From the human T2T-CHM13v2.0 reference genome, Homo sapiens: 64,000 bases of DNA. The DNA lies in NCBI GenBank assembly GCA_009914755.4, contig CP068257.2, positions 5,696,001 to 5,760,000 on the forward strand. The letters run 5' to 3'. Shown here in pieces: positions 41,870 to 57,639 of this stretch. The position numbers and the translations under genes are program-made. Below the pieces are notes generated by a model. That model had not been told where the DNA came from. It did no database searches and was given only the letters and a program-made list of their open reading frames with translations. The first letter of the stretch is position 1; each line of letters opens with the position of its first letter.

Positions 41870-42170
41870 GGCCAGACATGGTTGCTCATGCCTGTAATCC
41901 GAACACTTTGGGAGGCCAAGGTGGGTAGATTGCTTGAGCTCAGGAGTTCAAGACCAGCCTGTGCAACATGGCAAAACCCTATCTCTACAAAAAATATAAA
42001 AATTAGCCAGGTGTGTTTCCATGCGCCTGTAGTCCCAGCTACTCAGTGGGCTCCAGTGAGGATTGGTTGGGCCTGGGAAGCAGAGGTTGAAGTAAGCCAA
42101 CATTGCACCATTGCACTACAGTCTGGGTGACAGAGCAAGACCCTGTCTTAAAAAAAAAACAAACAAATAG
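41870..42170 (+). mobile_element. Alu (older).
   Basis: ggccagacatggttgctcatgcctgtaatccgaacactttgggaggccaaggtgggtagattgcttgagctcaggagttcaagaccagcctg.... Confidence 0.85.
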
Positions 42171-42185
42171 AAAATAAGTAGAAAA

Positions 42186-42960
42186 ATGGCAGACCTAAAT
42201 CCAACCTTAGCAATGATTAGTTACAATGTAACTGGACAAATACTCTACTTAAGACAGAGACTGCCAGACCTGAGAGGAAAGCAAGACCCAACAATATGGC
42301 ATCCACAGAGACACAATTTAAATACAAAGACACAAAGTATGAGAAAAAATATGCTATGCAGACACTAATCATAAAAATATGCTATCCAGACACTAATCAT
42401 AAAAAGCTTCAATGGAGATGTTAACACTAGATGAAAGAGGCTCCAGAAAAAAATATATCACCAGAAATAAACAAGGTAATTTCATAAAAATAAAAGAATC
42501 AGAGAGGATGATGTTACAATTATAAATTGTGCCTCAAAGTGCAAACAAAGTACACACACACACAGAGCCTCAAATTATGTGAATCAAAAACAACAGAACA
42601 AAAGCAGGAAATTGACAATCCAAAATTATAACTGGTGAATTAATACTGCTCTCTCAGTAACTGATGGAACAACCAGATAAAAATATAGGAAAAATACGGA
42701 TCTAAATGACAAAATCCTGACCCAAATGGTACTTGGCAGTACCAAGATAGACTGTCGATCAATTGAGAAAATGTTCAAGCATGAAATAGTATACAAAGTA
42801 TGTTGTCTGAACACCTGAAATTAAATTAGAAACCAACAACAAATTGATATCCAGAAAAGCCTCAAATGTCTGAAAACCAAGTAATAAACTTTGAAATACC
42901 CTGTAAGTCAAAAAAGTATTCACAAGGGGAACTGGAATGTATTTGGAACAAACTTGTTAT
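42186..42960 (+). mobile_element. Old L1 ORF2 5' (endonuclease) fragment.
   Basis: ORF 42186..42368 (MADLNPTLAMISYNVTGQILYLRQRLPDLRGKQDPTIWHPQRHNLNTKTQ) parallels the L1 ORF2 N-terminus (..LNINGLNSPIKRHRLA.WIK.QDP.ICCLQETHL..KD..RL..KGW). Confidence 0.6.
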
Positions 42961-42999
42961 AAAAATCATATTTCTGGTAGACTAAAGGTGACAACTTCT

Positions 43000-43470
43000 T
43001 TCCTGCTCCTCTCTCTGTGAGAACCAATTCCCCTTAAACCTTGCCCAGACTACTGACTTGCTTGGCCAACAGAAGGTGACAAAGGTGGTATTTGGGGACT
43101 TCAGAAGCCAGGCTGAGAAAACAGAACACTTATCCAGGAGAAAGCCAGTCACCAGGCAGGAAATCCCACTCCCCTGAGACCCCATGATGGAAACCACACG
43201 GCCAGTCCATGACTAGCTACATGCATTGACATCCCCCATTGACCCTCTAGCAACACCGACTCCCAACCACTAGTGAGCCTTCAGCAACATCCACTCCCAA
43301 CCACTAGTGAGCCACCCTGCACACCACCCCGCTGTGCTTTCACACAATCCAGCTTGGCTGCAACTGTGTGTGAGATGAGCTGGTCACCAAGACTCTCTAA
43401 GCCAAAAAACAAGTAATAATGAGTTGTTTTAAGCTGCCAAGTTTTGGGGATGGTTTCTTCAGAATAGATA
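43000..43470 (+). mobile_element. LTR-like (MaLR-type) element fragment.
   Basis: The 3' end ...ctctctaagccaaaaaacaagtaataatgagttgttttaagctgccaagttttggggatggtttcttcagaatagataactggaacag resembles MaLR LTR termini (...agttgttttaagccactaagtttgtggtaatttgttacagcagcaatag.aactaata). Confidence 0.4.
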
Positions 43471-44257
43471 ACTGGAACAGAATATTGTAGCTGGAAATGA
43501 GCCGCTGTGGTAATCAGAAGCTACAATATGTGCCACGACTGTGAGGCTGACCTGTAACTGGGCCTCAAGGAGACCATTCATGCAACCTGGAAGGGCATCA
43601 AGACTCTTGGTCAGGGCCTGAAAGACGGTGAGAAAATGTCATTGGAAACTGGGGAAAAGGCCTGAGAGTTATGTGCTGAGGGACTGTGAGAAAACTATGG
43701 CCACAACATGGAAACTGAAAGGGCACTGCACCATCTCAGGGATCTGCCTAAGGAGACATCTGGGAAGAACATGGAAAGTGCTATCAGCCTCCCCTAACTG
43801 TCACTGAATAAACATGACAGGAGAGGGACATGATCTAAAGAAGGAAGTTCAGTTTTCCAACAAAATTTAGAGAAAATATAAAGAAATAATTTCTTGTCTC
43901 AAAAGGCCAAAGAAAAAAAAAAAGAAAAGAAAAAAAAATTATAAAGAAGCCATTGAATACCCTATTGACCATAAGAAAAAGGCAGAGAAAGTTGGTCAAC
44001 GGCAACCCAGGCACTGAAGGAAAAAGAACATGGAGAATGACAAAAGCCCAGAGGGAGGAGTAAAAGGACACAAACGCCGTTCTCAGGGACAAGGACTGGG
44101 CGCCGTTCTCAGGGACCTGGACTGGGCACTAATCACAGAACTGTAACAGGCGCCCCATGGGAATGACCAACTGTTAGACGGGGCCTGCAGGGCAGCACCT
44201 CCCTCCTGCCTCCCACCAACAGCTTCTAAAGGGAAATGCCGACTGTTTTCACACCAG

Positions 44258-44500
44258 TCCCCTCACTGCGGCTGAGTGTGTGGGCACAGATGATAGGTCA
44301 CAACAACCTGATTCAGTCCTCACTGTGGCTGAGTGCGTCAGGGGCAGACGACAGGCCACCACAACCTGATTCAGTCCTCACTGTGGCTGTGTGTGGGGGG
44401 GCAGATGACAGGCCACCACAACTTGATTCAGTACTCACTGCGGCTGAGTGTGTGTGGGTGCAGGTGACAGGCCACCACAACCTGATTCAGGATTCAGTTG
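44258..44500. repeat. ~61-bp tandem repeat x 4 (cctcactg[ct]ggctgagtgtgtgggcacagatgacaggccaccacaacctgattcagt).
   Basis: Four consecutive units read directly. They generate ORF 44236..44706. Confidence 0.85.
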
Positions 44501-45741
44501 GGCTACCAGCCAGTGCCATAAGGAAAACCATTCTGGGACTCTTGAGAGGGGCAAAGCATAATTTGCATGTGGGAGAAACGTTAGTAGTTTGTGGCCAGAG
44601 GACAAACTGTGGTTTATTAAAGACTGCTGCAGGTTCCTACTATGCTTCTCATCAAGAGGTGGAATCTAATCACCTTCCCCCCTTGAATCATGGCTGGTCT
44701 CAGTGATGAGTACGACTGGACAGTGTGGCAGGAGAGATGCTCTGGGACTTCTGAGGGATGATCATGAGAGACCTTACAGCTTCTGCCTGGGCCTCTTGGA
44801 CACATACACTGGGAGAAGCCAGACAAACCTGACTACCTGACACTGCCAGACTGGGAGGAAGTCCGTGCTGGCCACAAAGAGAGGGCTTGGTGCCTGCTCC
44901 ATGTCCCCAGCCACTAGAGTCCTTCTGGTGCCTGCTTCACGTCCCCAGCCACTAGAGTCCTTCCAGATGAGACCAGGGACATCATGAAGCAGCCAACCCA
45001 CATTGCCCTGTCCAGTGTCTTGACCCAGAAAATTGTGACATGTGAAAAGAATAAATTCCTGGTTTAAGCCAGTAAGGTTACTGGTACATTGTTACATTGC
45101 AGATAATTAAAACCTTGAAAAACTCATGAGAGATCCCAAGTAAAACCTTGATCTGAAACATGGCATGTGGCGATTTATATTGAGTATTAGGTTAAAAATG
45201 CAAGATTGGAGAATAGTTAATATTTTACGTGAAAGCTAAAACTATAATTGCCCACTTAAAATTTTCAGTTAATTAGGTTGTCACTTTTTGTTTTTAACCA
45301 AGAAATCAACTAGTTTTAGTCCATAAACAGTTGGAACTGATGCACACATCCGTTTTTCCTTACTCATTTTAAGCAGCTATCTGAAATAGGAAGTGTAATA
45401 TAATCTTTAAAGAATCTGAAAATATGACAGAAATGTTTAAACTATAAACATATATTGTAAATGTTAGCATATTATATACATTGCATATTAACATAAGCTA
45501 AAATCATTGATATAAACTTATATAAACAAAAGGTAGAAAATATGACAATGTTCTTCTTGTTTTTTGTCTTTGCATATTTCTTTATTGGCCCTTGTCAAAC
45601 GTGACCCACTAAGTCCTGAATGCTTTCTCTCTCCCCATGGATTCCTAAGGATGTCACCACAGTGCTGGCCAGATGCACAGATCACAGGTGACTGAACCTC
45701 ATCACCCCATGAACACACCCTTCAGGTTTTGCCAAGAATGA

Positions 45742-46140
<399 letters not shown>

Positions 46141-46529
46141 AACAAGGAAACAAAAGCAACAAGGCTTGACACCAGATGAGCCTGAATCTAAGCAAGAAAA
46201 GCCCAGAAGAAATCCCATTTTGGGTCACTGGCTGCATGGTAGTAATGCCATACACATAAGGAAGAGAAGAGGATGTGGCTTTCACTTCGAATTTTTTGAG
46301 CTTAAGGTAAATTTGGATAGCTACAAAGAAGCATTCAACAGAGAGTTAAACCTATGATGGAAAGACTGAAGAGGTCCAAGCTGTAGAGAAACAGGACTGC
46401 AAACCACAAAGGGCTGAATCAGTCAAGGAGAACTGCAGGGCAAGATGAACAGGGACCAATGGAACATTTGGATAAGCTGTTGAGAAGAAAGGAGAATTCA
46501 GAGAAAAAGAACTGTCAGTGAGGTCATAA

Positions 46530-47010
46530 TAGGAACTGTTACAGTGAACTAAATATGGCCTGGGAAGGACTCTGTACTTCTAGATTTGAGTCCCTGTGGA
46601 CAAACTGCAACCTAACTTAATAGGTAGAAAGACTGAAAACGTAACTTAGGAGTATGTGCCTAAAACAGTAGCTGAGTCCTGGCCAATCCCAACAGCCAAA
46701 CTTCTGCCACTCACACACTGCTGAGTGTTCAGCTGTGTTCAAATAAGGCAAATGCTGAGCACTGTAACCAGTCCAGTTGTTTCTGGACCTCACTGCTGAG
46801 AACTGTAATGGACCCAGTTGCTTCTAGACCTCACTCCTCACTTCAGATTTTTGTACATCATGTTCCCTTTATTGTCTATAAATCTTCCACCATGTGTCTG
46901 TGCTGGAGTCTCACTGAATCTGCTGTGATTCTGGGGGCTGCCTGATTCGTGAATCATTCATTGCTCAATTAAGCTCCTTTAAATTTAATTCAGCTGAAGA
47001 TTTTCTTTTA
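46530..47010 (+). mobile_element. LTR-like dispersed repeat, copy A. It is paired with copy B at 53750-54150 in the same orientation.
   Basis: gtgaactaaatatggcctgggaaggactctgtacttct...ctgcaacctaacttaataggtagaaagactgaaaacgtaacttaggagtatgtgcctaaaacagtagctgagtcctggccaatcccaacagccaaacttctgccactcac...gtgtctgtgctggagtctcactgaatctgctgtgattctgggggctgcctgattcgtgaatcattcattgctcaattaagctcctttaaa versus the near-identical block at 53750-54150. Confidence 0.6.
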
Positions 47011-49199
47011 ATAGATGGTGTCAGAAGTGGGATCCGTGGGAGCAGGACTGCTAGGGCCTCTGGAGCTATACTGTGGTGAGCAGTGTTGCTAAGACTTCTA
47101 ATGACCCCCAGAGTGCTGAGGTACAAGGAAGGAACCTGAAAGGACCCATTTGTGATGGCAGCAGTGGCCCACGTGGAGCAGTTGCTATGGAGACACTGGC
47201 TGCAGTGGGGAGGAGTGGCTGGGGCTGTGCACTCCTCAAAGCTGGTGGGAGCCAGGAATGGGTGGGAGACCTGCCCCTTCTAAATTATCAGGCAGGAGCC
47301 CCACCCTCCCAGGCACAGCTGCAGCCATCCAGCCATGACTGCAAACCCGGGCATCTCTGCACTCTCAGAGGCCCAGCAAGCCCCCCTGCCCCGCAGGCTC
47401 AGTTGTACCTGGTCCTGCCACCTGGCGTCTCTCTGCTTCCAGAGCCCACTCCAAATTCAGATCCAAGTTGAGGCCAAACCTGGGCACAGTCACAACCTGG
47501 CCTGGTTTGCGCAAGCTCAGGGCAGTGCTGACATGCCAGCCCCCTGCCACCTCGGCCCCCTCCAGAATTTGGGCACTGGCAAGCACAGGAGGGAGGCTGA
47601 GGTGGGGCTAAGAGTGGCTCAGCAGTGGCCGGAAGGCCCTCCTCAGCTCGAACGCCTGGGCACTATGGGCACAGCTACCCACCGTGCGTCTCCTCTCAGC
47701 TGCTGAGAGCTGAACAGACGTTGGGATGACCTGCCTGCAGAAAGGAGCTACCCACTGCAGGTCTCCTCTGAGCCGTACTGTGGCTCAATAAAGCACCTCT
47801 TCACCTTGCTCACCTTCTACTTGTCCACATACCTCATTTTTCCTGGACTCAGGACAAGAACTCGGGACCTGCCAACTAGCAGGGCTGAAAGAGGTGTAAC
47901 ATAAACAGGGCTGAAACGCGCTCCTTTCTTGCCAAATTGCAGGCAAGAAGAAGAGAAGAGAGAAGGAGAGAAGAGCTGTGTCCCTTCAGGGAACACACAC
48001 CTAGGAGCTCCTCCAACCAGGGCTGTGACACCTTCTTTGGGGCTCTGCAGGTCCTGCATCTCCAAGCTTCTGGGTGCCACTGCATTCCCTGATACCCACA
48101 GTGGAAGCTGTTTGCAGTCGGCCTGGTCCAGCTGCAGCCTCACAGGGAGCTGGCACCTGTGCCTGGAGCTGCCCACCCCACTGCAGCTGGCATGCTTGGC
48201 TGTGTGCAGTGGCAGATCCCATGCTCGCTTGCTCACACACCCCTCACTGCTCTGTACCCAGCTCGCCCTTGGCAGGTGTGGGATCCAGACCACTAGCATG
48301 AGCTGAGTGGACAGAACTAACCCAGTGGGCCCGAGCAAAACACAGGTAAAGGTGCCACCAGCCAGAGGTTTCAGGCAGAAAAGTGACACCTCAGGATTCT
48401 GTAACACTTGTGTCCTTTGATCTCTCTGAGCAGCTGGGGATCATGGTAAATTTTCTCTCGGATTTCAGAGCTCCATGGATTTGTGTTTTGAGCTCTGAGT
48501 TTCTTTGAGCAAATTTCTGTTCCAAACTGCTATCCAGCCATGACTGGCTGGATGTTTTAGAAGTTATGACAGAAAACGGACCGGGTCCAGGATCAGATTT
48601 GATCCAGTAGTTAATTGGCTTGAATCCAGTTCCAGTTAGAGGCCTCCTACATCTGACTGGGTCAGAAGGAAAGTGGTAGTAAATGATAATATTGGAAGAT
48701 TGTAACATTTGGCTTTTGAAAATTCACAGGGATTTTTGTGTTCTACCCCTTTGTTTCATTTTTCTCGCACGGTTAGGCAGGAAAAAAAAATCATTGGCTA
48801 AGTTAATGAAGGGAACCTGGGAGTAAAGCCAATATTTTAGGTAAAAATAGGATCCTTAATTTCTGGAAAACTAAGCTCCTTCTGGCTAATACATTAGGCC
48901 TGGGAAGCAGCAAAGTCTTACAGAAATGGCAAAATCTTATTAAGATAACTTACAGTGGAACATTCCAAATGAATAATGCCCTGAAGTGCATTTAAAAATG
49001 AGGGTTCCCAAATTAGTCTCATCTAGGGATGCCTATTAATATGCAGAAGCTTCTAAAAAGATTTAGAGATGGCACCGCCCATCTGGGAGCAAGTTTGAGT
49101 CTTACCAGTTTGATACTGGGTGCTGAGCAAAGTGGCACGTGTCTATGTTTTGTCACATGTATTTTGCTCTGGGCAGAATGAAAAATGTTAATTTGGTTA

Positions 49200-49650
<451 letters not shown>

Positions 49651-50110
49651 AGAATAATAGGTTTGTCTATGAGGTTTTATGAAAAAGTGGGTGACATTTG
49701 GCTTTCTCACTTTAAAGAAGATGTTCAGGTAATATTAAAAAATAATGAAAAATTTGTTTGCCTTTTAAATAAACTACCAAAAAAAAAAAAAAAGGAAAAA
49801 CAAGAGGCAGATCGTTTGTGAAGATGTCTTCCCTCTATCAATGAGTAAAGATTTTTGCCCTTTAAAACTTTTTTAAGTCATGATTTTAAGTAAATGAATG
49901 ACTTACGGTGACCTGGAATTCTATTTCATAACATCAAGTGTTTAAACTTTTAATATATTTAATAGGCTTCCCAAAATCAAATTTCAACTTCAAAATTGTC
50001 TTTTCTGACCTCTAACTTTGGGATACTACAGAGGCCCTTGAAGCACCCAAAAGAGAGGTAAACAGGACTATTTAACATGTTAAGTCACATGGGTAGCACT
50101 GTCAAAATAA

Positions 50111-50488
<378 letters not shown>

Positions 50489-50539
50489 AGGATTCTAAAA
50501 TTCTAATATGCCTATATGCTATCTATCATAATTACCTGT

Positions 50540-50833
<294 letters not shown>

Positions 50834-51132
50834 CCTAATTATGGTTATTAAGTTATTGTAGACCACAGAAATAACCAAATTTCCTTATCAATTGTCTTTA
50901 ACTATAACTATTTAAAGTCATTTCCACAGTTAATTGCTTAATGATGATGCAGTTTCTAAAAACTTCACAAGCATGCAAAATTCTAGAATAGAAGATTCAT
51001 GAAAGAATGAAAAGGACCATGAAAAACACTCGGGAACACAGGTTTCTAATAACTTTAATATCATGGGTAAAAATTCCCCATAAGTTCCCCGATCCCCCAA
51101 TAATTGGACTGGTGAAGAATTCTCAAAAGTTA

Positions 51133-51522
<390 letters not shown>

Positions 51523-52724
51523 CTAAATCACCAATATTGAAATTGTTTAGATATATAATTTAAATAAACTCCATGGTCTAAGCCAAATTACCTATAACTC
51601 ATCAGTTACCAGTGCCATGCACCTAATTTGAAGAAACAGCTGGTATTCAAGAGGATGTAAGTCTAATGTTAATTAAGCACGGACTTATGAATAACCAGGA
51701 TGGCCACCTTTCCGTCTTAAGTCCTTAAAACTTTTGTTATTAAAAGTTCTGCATTCCATAACTCATCATGGAAAGAGAAAATGATCCAAATTAAATATAT
51801 TGCTGTGGTGATCTCTAAATTGCTAAAATAGTTTATAATCAATGTTTGGTATGTCGAACCTATATTCCTAGGAAAACAATCAAAACTTCAGGTGCATTTG
51901 GTTACCTGATGGGCCATTTAAACATTTTATAAAGGGATTTCATTCAGTTGTCATTTTCAGTGCATGTTTTCTGATTGTAAAAAAGCTCTTCCATGCAAGA
52001 GGGTTGATGTTAAAACAGTAGATTATTATGCTGAAGTGTATTTTCACCAGATAAAGAAAGCCTTTTATGGTTCACAGAGGACAGCCAACCCCTTCACAAT
52101 CTAGAATCTGATGACTGGATCTTCTGAGAACATCAGAGGACTGCCCTTGCCATTCACATGACAGCAAAACTTTAAAACCTTAAACTTTGGGTTCATAGTC
52201 TTACAACTCAGAAGGGTCCCTCCACACTTGGAACCATACACCCCTTGGAACCCTTAAGGTAAAGCTAACAAGGACAGTTCCCCCCCAGAAGAAGATGGCA
52301 TCCTTAATGTGAACAGCTTTTCCCAAGATCACAGATCAAGACTTCTCTACTATCATGAGACTCTTATCTTAAGTATCTGTGCAGCTGCTAACATGGCATA
52401 TGGAGAAAACATCGGGTATTATAAAGATTTGGTTGTAGGGAATTAACAAAAAGACCCACTTAGTTAAGCAAGTAAACTCTTTATCTAATTCATTCTTTAA
52501 TCTATTTGATTTTAGGTGGTTTGATTTATGGGGACCCTGAGTAAGGAGCATATACCAAATTCTTGGTGTTATCCCAATAGTCATAAGAGTCTCCCTGGTG
52601 CACTGTACTTACTCAAATGTTTTAAGAGTTTGCATGCAGCCATCTCTAAAATGTCAAATGGTATCTCTTCAACTGGAATGACAACAGATTAAAAAAATGT
52701 GCAATCATAAGGACACCGTAACCT

Positions 52725-53015
52725 ATGAGTGACATGCTAAACCAGAAACCCAAAACAATGGGAGTGACATGCTAAACCAGAAACCCAAAACAATGGGACT
52801 GATGTACTAAAACCGGAACCCAAAACAATGGGAGTGATGTACTAAAACCAGAACCCAAAACAATGGGAGTGACGTGCTAAACCAGAAACCCAAAACAATG
52901 GGAGTAACATGCTAAAACCAGAACCCAAAACAATGGGAGTGACGTGCTAAAACCATTACCCAAAACAATGGGAGTGATGTGCTAAACCGGAAACCCAAAA
53001 CAATGGTAACTAAGA
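52725..53015. repeat. ~39-bp minisatellite x ~7.5 (gtgacatgctaaaccagaaacccaaaacaatgggag).
   Basis: Direct reading: ...atgggagtgacatgctaaaccagaaacccaaaacaatgggactgatgtactaaaaccggaacccaaaacaatgggagtgatgtactaaaaccagaacccaaaacaatggg.... Confidence 0.85.
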
Positions 53016-53071
53016 GTGGGGCTAAGGCCCTACATTTTGGTCACACTCTCAACTAAGTGAGAACTTGACTG

Positions 53072-53364
53072 AAAAGGAGGATTTTTTTTTTTCTGAGACA
53101 GAGTCTTGCTCTGTCCCCCAGAGTGGAGTGCAGTGGCATGATCTCGGCTCACTGCAAGCTCTGCCTCCCGGGTTCAGGCCATTCTCCTGCCTCAGCCTCC
53201 TGAGTAGCTGGGACTACAGGCACCCGCCAGCATGCTTGGCTATTTTTTTGTGTATTTAGTAGAGATGGGGTTTCACCGTATTAGCAAGGATGGTCTCAAT
53301 CTCCTGATCTCGTGATCTGCCCACCTCGGCCTTCCAAAGTGCTGGGATTACAGGCATGAGCCAC
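53072..53364 (-). mobile_element. Alu (antisense) with TSD aaaaggagga(a)tttttt.
   Basis: tttttttttttctgagacagagtcttgctctgtcccccagagtggagtgcagtggcatgatctcggctcactgcaagc...ggcatgagccaccgtgcccagcc. Confidence 0.9.
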
Positions 53365-53749
53365 CGTGCCCAGCCAAAAGGAGGAATTTTTTAAGCAAAA
53401 TTATGGGAGGCCATTGTTTTGAACTAAGCTCATGCAATAGGTCCCAACAGAACAAACCAAACCAAAATGGAGTCACTCATGCTAAATGGAACATAATCAA
53501 ACTAAGACTTTAAGGAAACACATAAATCCTAGAACAAACCAGGTTTTGTTTTTCTCCTGTAAACAGGATGTTCCAGCATAAGAAGACAACTTCTACTCAA
53601 GTCCTTGTTCCACCTTTTCAAATCTCACTGTTCTATTTCCCAGTGGGTTTCTAAACCAAATAAGTACATTTGCAAGGGTAATAGTGACACCAGTGACTGA
53701 AGTTTTGGCCAATCTCTCAAAATTGAGAAAATAACCAAAGGGAAGGCAT

Positions 53750-54150
53750 TGTTAAAGTGAACTAAGTATGTCCTGAGAAGGACTCCATAATTATATATAT
53801 GAGTCCTTGTGGGTGACCTGCAACCTATCTTAATAGGTAAACAAGAATGAAAACCTAACTTGAGTGTATGCACCTCAAACAACAGCTACATCTTGGCCAA
53901 TCCCAATGGCCAAACTTCAACCACTCAGGCACTGCCAAATGTTCAAACTGTGCTCAAACAAGGCAAACGCTGAGTTGTTTCTGTACCTCACTTCCGATTT
54001 CGGTATGCCACTTCCCTTTTGTCTACAAATCTTCTTCCACCACATGACTGTGCTGGAGTCTCTGTGAATCTGCTGTGATTCTGGGGACTTTCCGATTCAT
54101 GAATCGTTTATTGCTCAATTAAACTCCTTTAAAGTTTTTCTTTTAACAGA
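53750..54150 (+). mobile_element. LTR-like dispersed repeat, copy B (see 46530-47010).
   Basis: gtgaactaagtatgtcctgagaaggactccataattat...ctgcaacctatcttaataggtaaacaagaatgaaaacctaacttgagtgtatgcacctcaaacaacagctacatcttggccaatcccaatggccaaacttcaaccactcag...gactgtgctggagtctctgtgaatctgctgtgattctggggactttccgattcatgaatcgtttattgctcaattaaactcctttaaa. Confidence 0.6.
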
Positions 54151-55129
54151 ACTAACACGGAAGAATTTCCAGATCATGAACAGATGTTTTGTAATACCCA
54201 ACGTTGTATTAACATGAATAGACTCTTCCTTAGATAGCTAACCTTGTTTTTAATATGAATAGACTCTCCCTTAGCTGAGAAAACCAGACAAACTCCATTT
54301 GGCTCCTTCATTTACAAGACATCAAGGGCTCCTTACCCACCCCCTTTCCTCAAGGACTTTAACTTGTGCAAGCTGATTTTCAACATATCAAAGAGTGCAA
54401 TTAACTGATAAAGTGCTGAGGCAAGTGATGTCCGCAGTTCCCAGCAAATTACTCAGAGATAATATCATAAAGCCCCCACATTTGTCTGGAAGATAATGCC
54501 CAGAGCCCCCTCACTCATCACTTTGTGGTGAATTTAAAGCCTCTGCACCTGGAACAGTTTGTTTTCCTGTAACCATCTGTCTTTTTAAGTTTTTTGTCTG
54601 TTTTTTCTTCTGTAAGTTTATTGCAGCTGGAATCCCCCCTCCCCTCTCTAAACCAATGTATAAAAGAAAATCTAGCCCATTCTTTAGGGCCGAGAGTATT
54701 TCCTGTGTTAGCCATCTCTCAGTCACCAGCTAATAAAGGACTCCTGAATTCGTCTCAAAGTGTGGCATTTCTAACTCGTTTGGGTACAACAGTTTCAACT
54801 ATGGTAGAAGACTCGAGTAAGACAAATACAGCCCCCCTAAATTTGACTATTATTTAGGTTAATGGTGAGTTTAGAAGAAATAAGTTAAGACTACACAGAG
54901 TGGGCTAAATTGCAAATAAACACTGAAAATATTTCCCAGAAAATATGACTTTGAACAGGCTGCTGCACACCCTGCATGTAGAGATAAACTAAGAAAAATG
55001 TGTGGAGAGTTATTTAAGGACCTGTGGTTAACTCAGTCCTCAAGATGTTCTGGGTTTCATCCATGAGTCAAGGAGGACCTCCCAAAAGCTGTTTGGGACC
55101 ACACTCTTTGAGCAAGGAGCATACCTTAT

Positions 55130-55350
55130 GATGGAAGCTGTGCTTTAGCAGCAGATGACCATTTCCACTGCACAACACGCCGTGCTTTAGCAGACGATGA
55201 CCATTTCCACTGTACAACATGCTGTGCTTTAGCGTCAGATGACCATTTCCACTGCACAACACGCCATGCTTTAGCGGAAAATGACCATTTCCACTGCACA
55301 ACACGCCATGCCTTAGCGGAAGATGACTGTTTCCACTGCACAACACTACA
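55130..55350. repeat. 42-bp tandem repeat x ~5 (ccatttccactgcacaacacgccgtgctttagcagacgatga).
   Basis: Direct reading. Because 42 is a multiple of 3, it yields periodic minus-strand ORFs (55068..55346, 55126..55392: ..HGVLCSGNGH..). Confidence 0.85.
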
Positions 55351-57639
55351 AGTGCTTACTGCCAGACCGGTGTGAAATATGTTCCAGCACATAATCTATG
55401 TCACCAATGAAGGTGGTGGTTAAGACTTGGTGCACACAAGCTTTCCTGTCCCACAAGAACACAGCATGCTCTCTTTTCGGGTTCCATTCCAATCACGTAA
55501 GAAACATGACTGCCTTTTTTGTTTCGGCATCAGAAAGATCAGAGGAAACTTTGCACTCAACTTAGACAACTCTAAGCTTTTATAACCTGTCTATATCTAC
55601 AGGTCAGCTTTATCTTATTTATGTATATTTCCTTCAACCTGAGTTTTACTTATTTCCACTTTTCCTTTTTAATTCACAGACACCCATAAACTCAGAAAAT
55701 ACAGTGTAAAACAAAGTGAAGAACAAATAAACAACTCACCAGAGATTTATTCGTTTCTTGTTGCTCTTGGAAACACCCAGAGGACACTGGAAACATAGCT
55801 GGAAGAGAAGGCAAATGACGTCGATTAAGGAGAGAACTGGTGAGGTGTGGTCCCAGATTCTTCTGCCCAACACTCTAGACACATTACCTGGAAAAGCCCT
55901 CCTCCCTCCGGAAAAAGAAAAACTTCCCCATGGGAGAAGAGTCCTTCACACCTCATTAGGGGCAGCAGAGACTCAAGTTAAGATAAGATACATCTACAAG
56001 TACATTAATTGGTAGACATTAGATGCACAATTTATTTTTGAATAAAAATATGTATTACCTACTAATTTAGTAACAATATTACCTAAAGATATAATCTAAT
56101 AATTTAATACAAAGAAACATTATAAGTTCACTAAAATAAATGTTATAGAAATATACTGGGCTGTATTAACTATTTTCCTATTAACATGTGGATTCCACAG
56201 ATAACTTCATATGAGTATTCCCATGACAGTACATCTTGCTTTTCTATACCTGAACATCATGGAAAGTGCATCTTGCAACCCAGTAATTTTGGCCTACGTT
56301 TTTTAAAATGTACATAATATGTATTTCCTGCAGTACACCATTCTACTCATGTTTCCCAATAACACCTTTCCCTGTATCCAAGCCCTCATATTATGCTCTG
56401 ACAATAAATTGGGCTTTTCCATCTGACTTGTCCAGTGAATGGACAATGGAAAATGTGATGCAAATATCCATTGGTTCTTGCCTTTTTGGACACAGTCATA
56501 TTGTGAAGAGGTCTGGAGCTACCCTGTTGGAGACACAGGGCCTAGCCAAGAGTCACCACAAACCACCAGATTGTGAAGGAAACTATCTTAAACCAACCAG
56601 GCTCAGTCAAGGCACCAGGTGACTAAGGCCTGTTTTGTGATCCAGGCAACACAAATATATCAACTACCCAGCTGAACCCACCACACCAAAATGCAGATCC
56701 ACAGAACTTCAAACAAATAAAATGGTGGTTGTTTTTTATAAGCTAGTAAGGTTTAATTAGTTCCTTAAACAGCAAATATTAACTGTTACACCTAAGTGAA
56801 TAGAATTCAATATGTTTTTAACGAAATTATGTAGGGGGAGAAAGTCTTAAATTACAAATCAAATGCAATCAATAGAACTTCACAATCTATGCTAAATTTG
56901 GTGATGGACTAGGTTTAATATATCTCAGACACTGGAAACAACAAGCTAAGTTTGAAGGAATGGGACTGTATTTGGAGAGTATTTCAATCTTTTCAAGTAT
57001 GACAGGTCACTCCTGCACCCCAGACCACACTTTCAGGCCCCTTCAAATAAGGAATATTTCCTAGGTCCTTGCCTGTTCTTCTCAGCTGAATTCACCTCAA
57101 CCTTCTGAAAGTTCTTCCAAACCTTCCACTATCACCTAGTCTTTGAAAATCTTGTGCATTCTAGGGAGTAGAATTAATATTTCCTGAGCGAGGAAAACTG
57201 GGATCTTCACCTGCGACCTTTTATCCTCCTCTGAAGCACCAGTGAGAAGTTAGACCAGAGGGCTGTTCTTTCAAGTGCGCTTCTTATTCATAGGGAACCC
57301 TCCCTTTCAAACTTTATAACACACAGTGAAGACTGAAGTACCCTTAAGGCTGAAGACCATCATCCAGTACCCCATCTCCCTCGCGGAATCAGTGAGTTCC
57401 TCCATGGAAACTAGGTCTCGTATAAACTTCCATAAATGCAATCCAGGAGGACTAGGCAGGTCACACAGTGAAGGAGGGAACCAGAAACTTCACTTGTTAA
57501 ATAGACACCAGGAAACCCAACTAATACAAACGCCCAGCTTGAGACTAGAGGCACACGCATTTCGCACTACTACTCTGGGAATGGGGAACGTCTCCCGAGA
57601 ACTGTGTGTTAGCACGGGGACAGATGGGCAAACTGAGCT

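Noticed and set aside
47073-48407. ORFs of 123-196 aa (47073..47471 plus; 47817..48407 minus).
   Set aside because: They lie in LTR-like/GC-rich repeat sequence between the paired LTR-like blocks, with no recognisable domains and overlapping opposite-strand ORFs.
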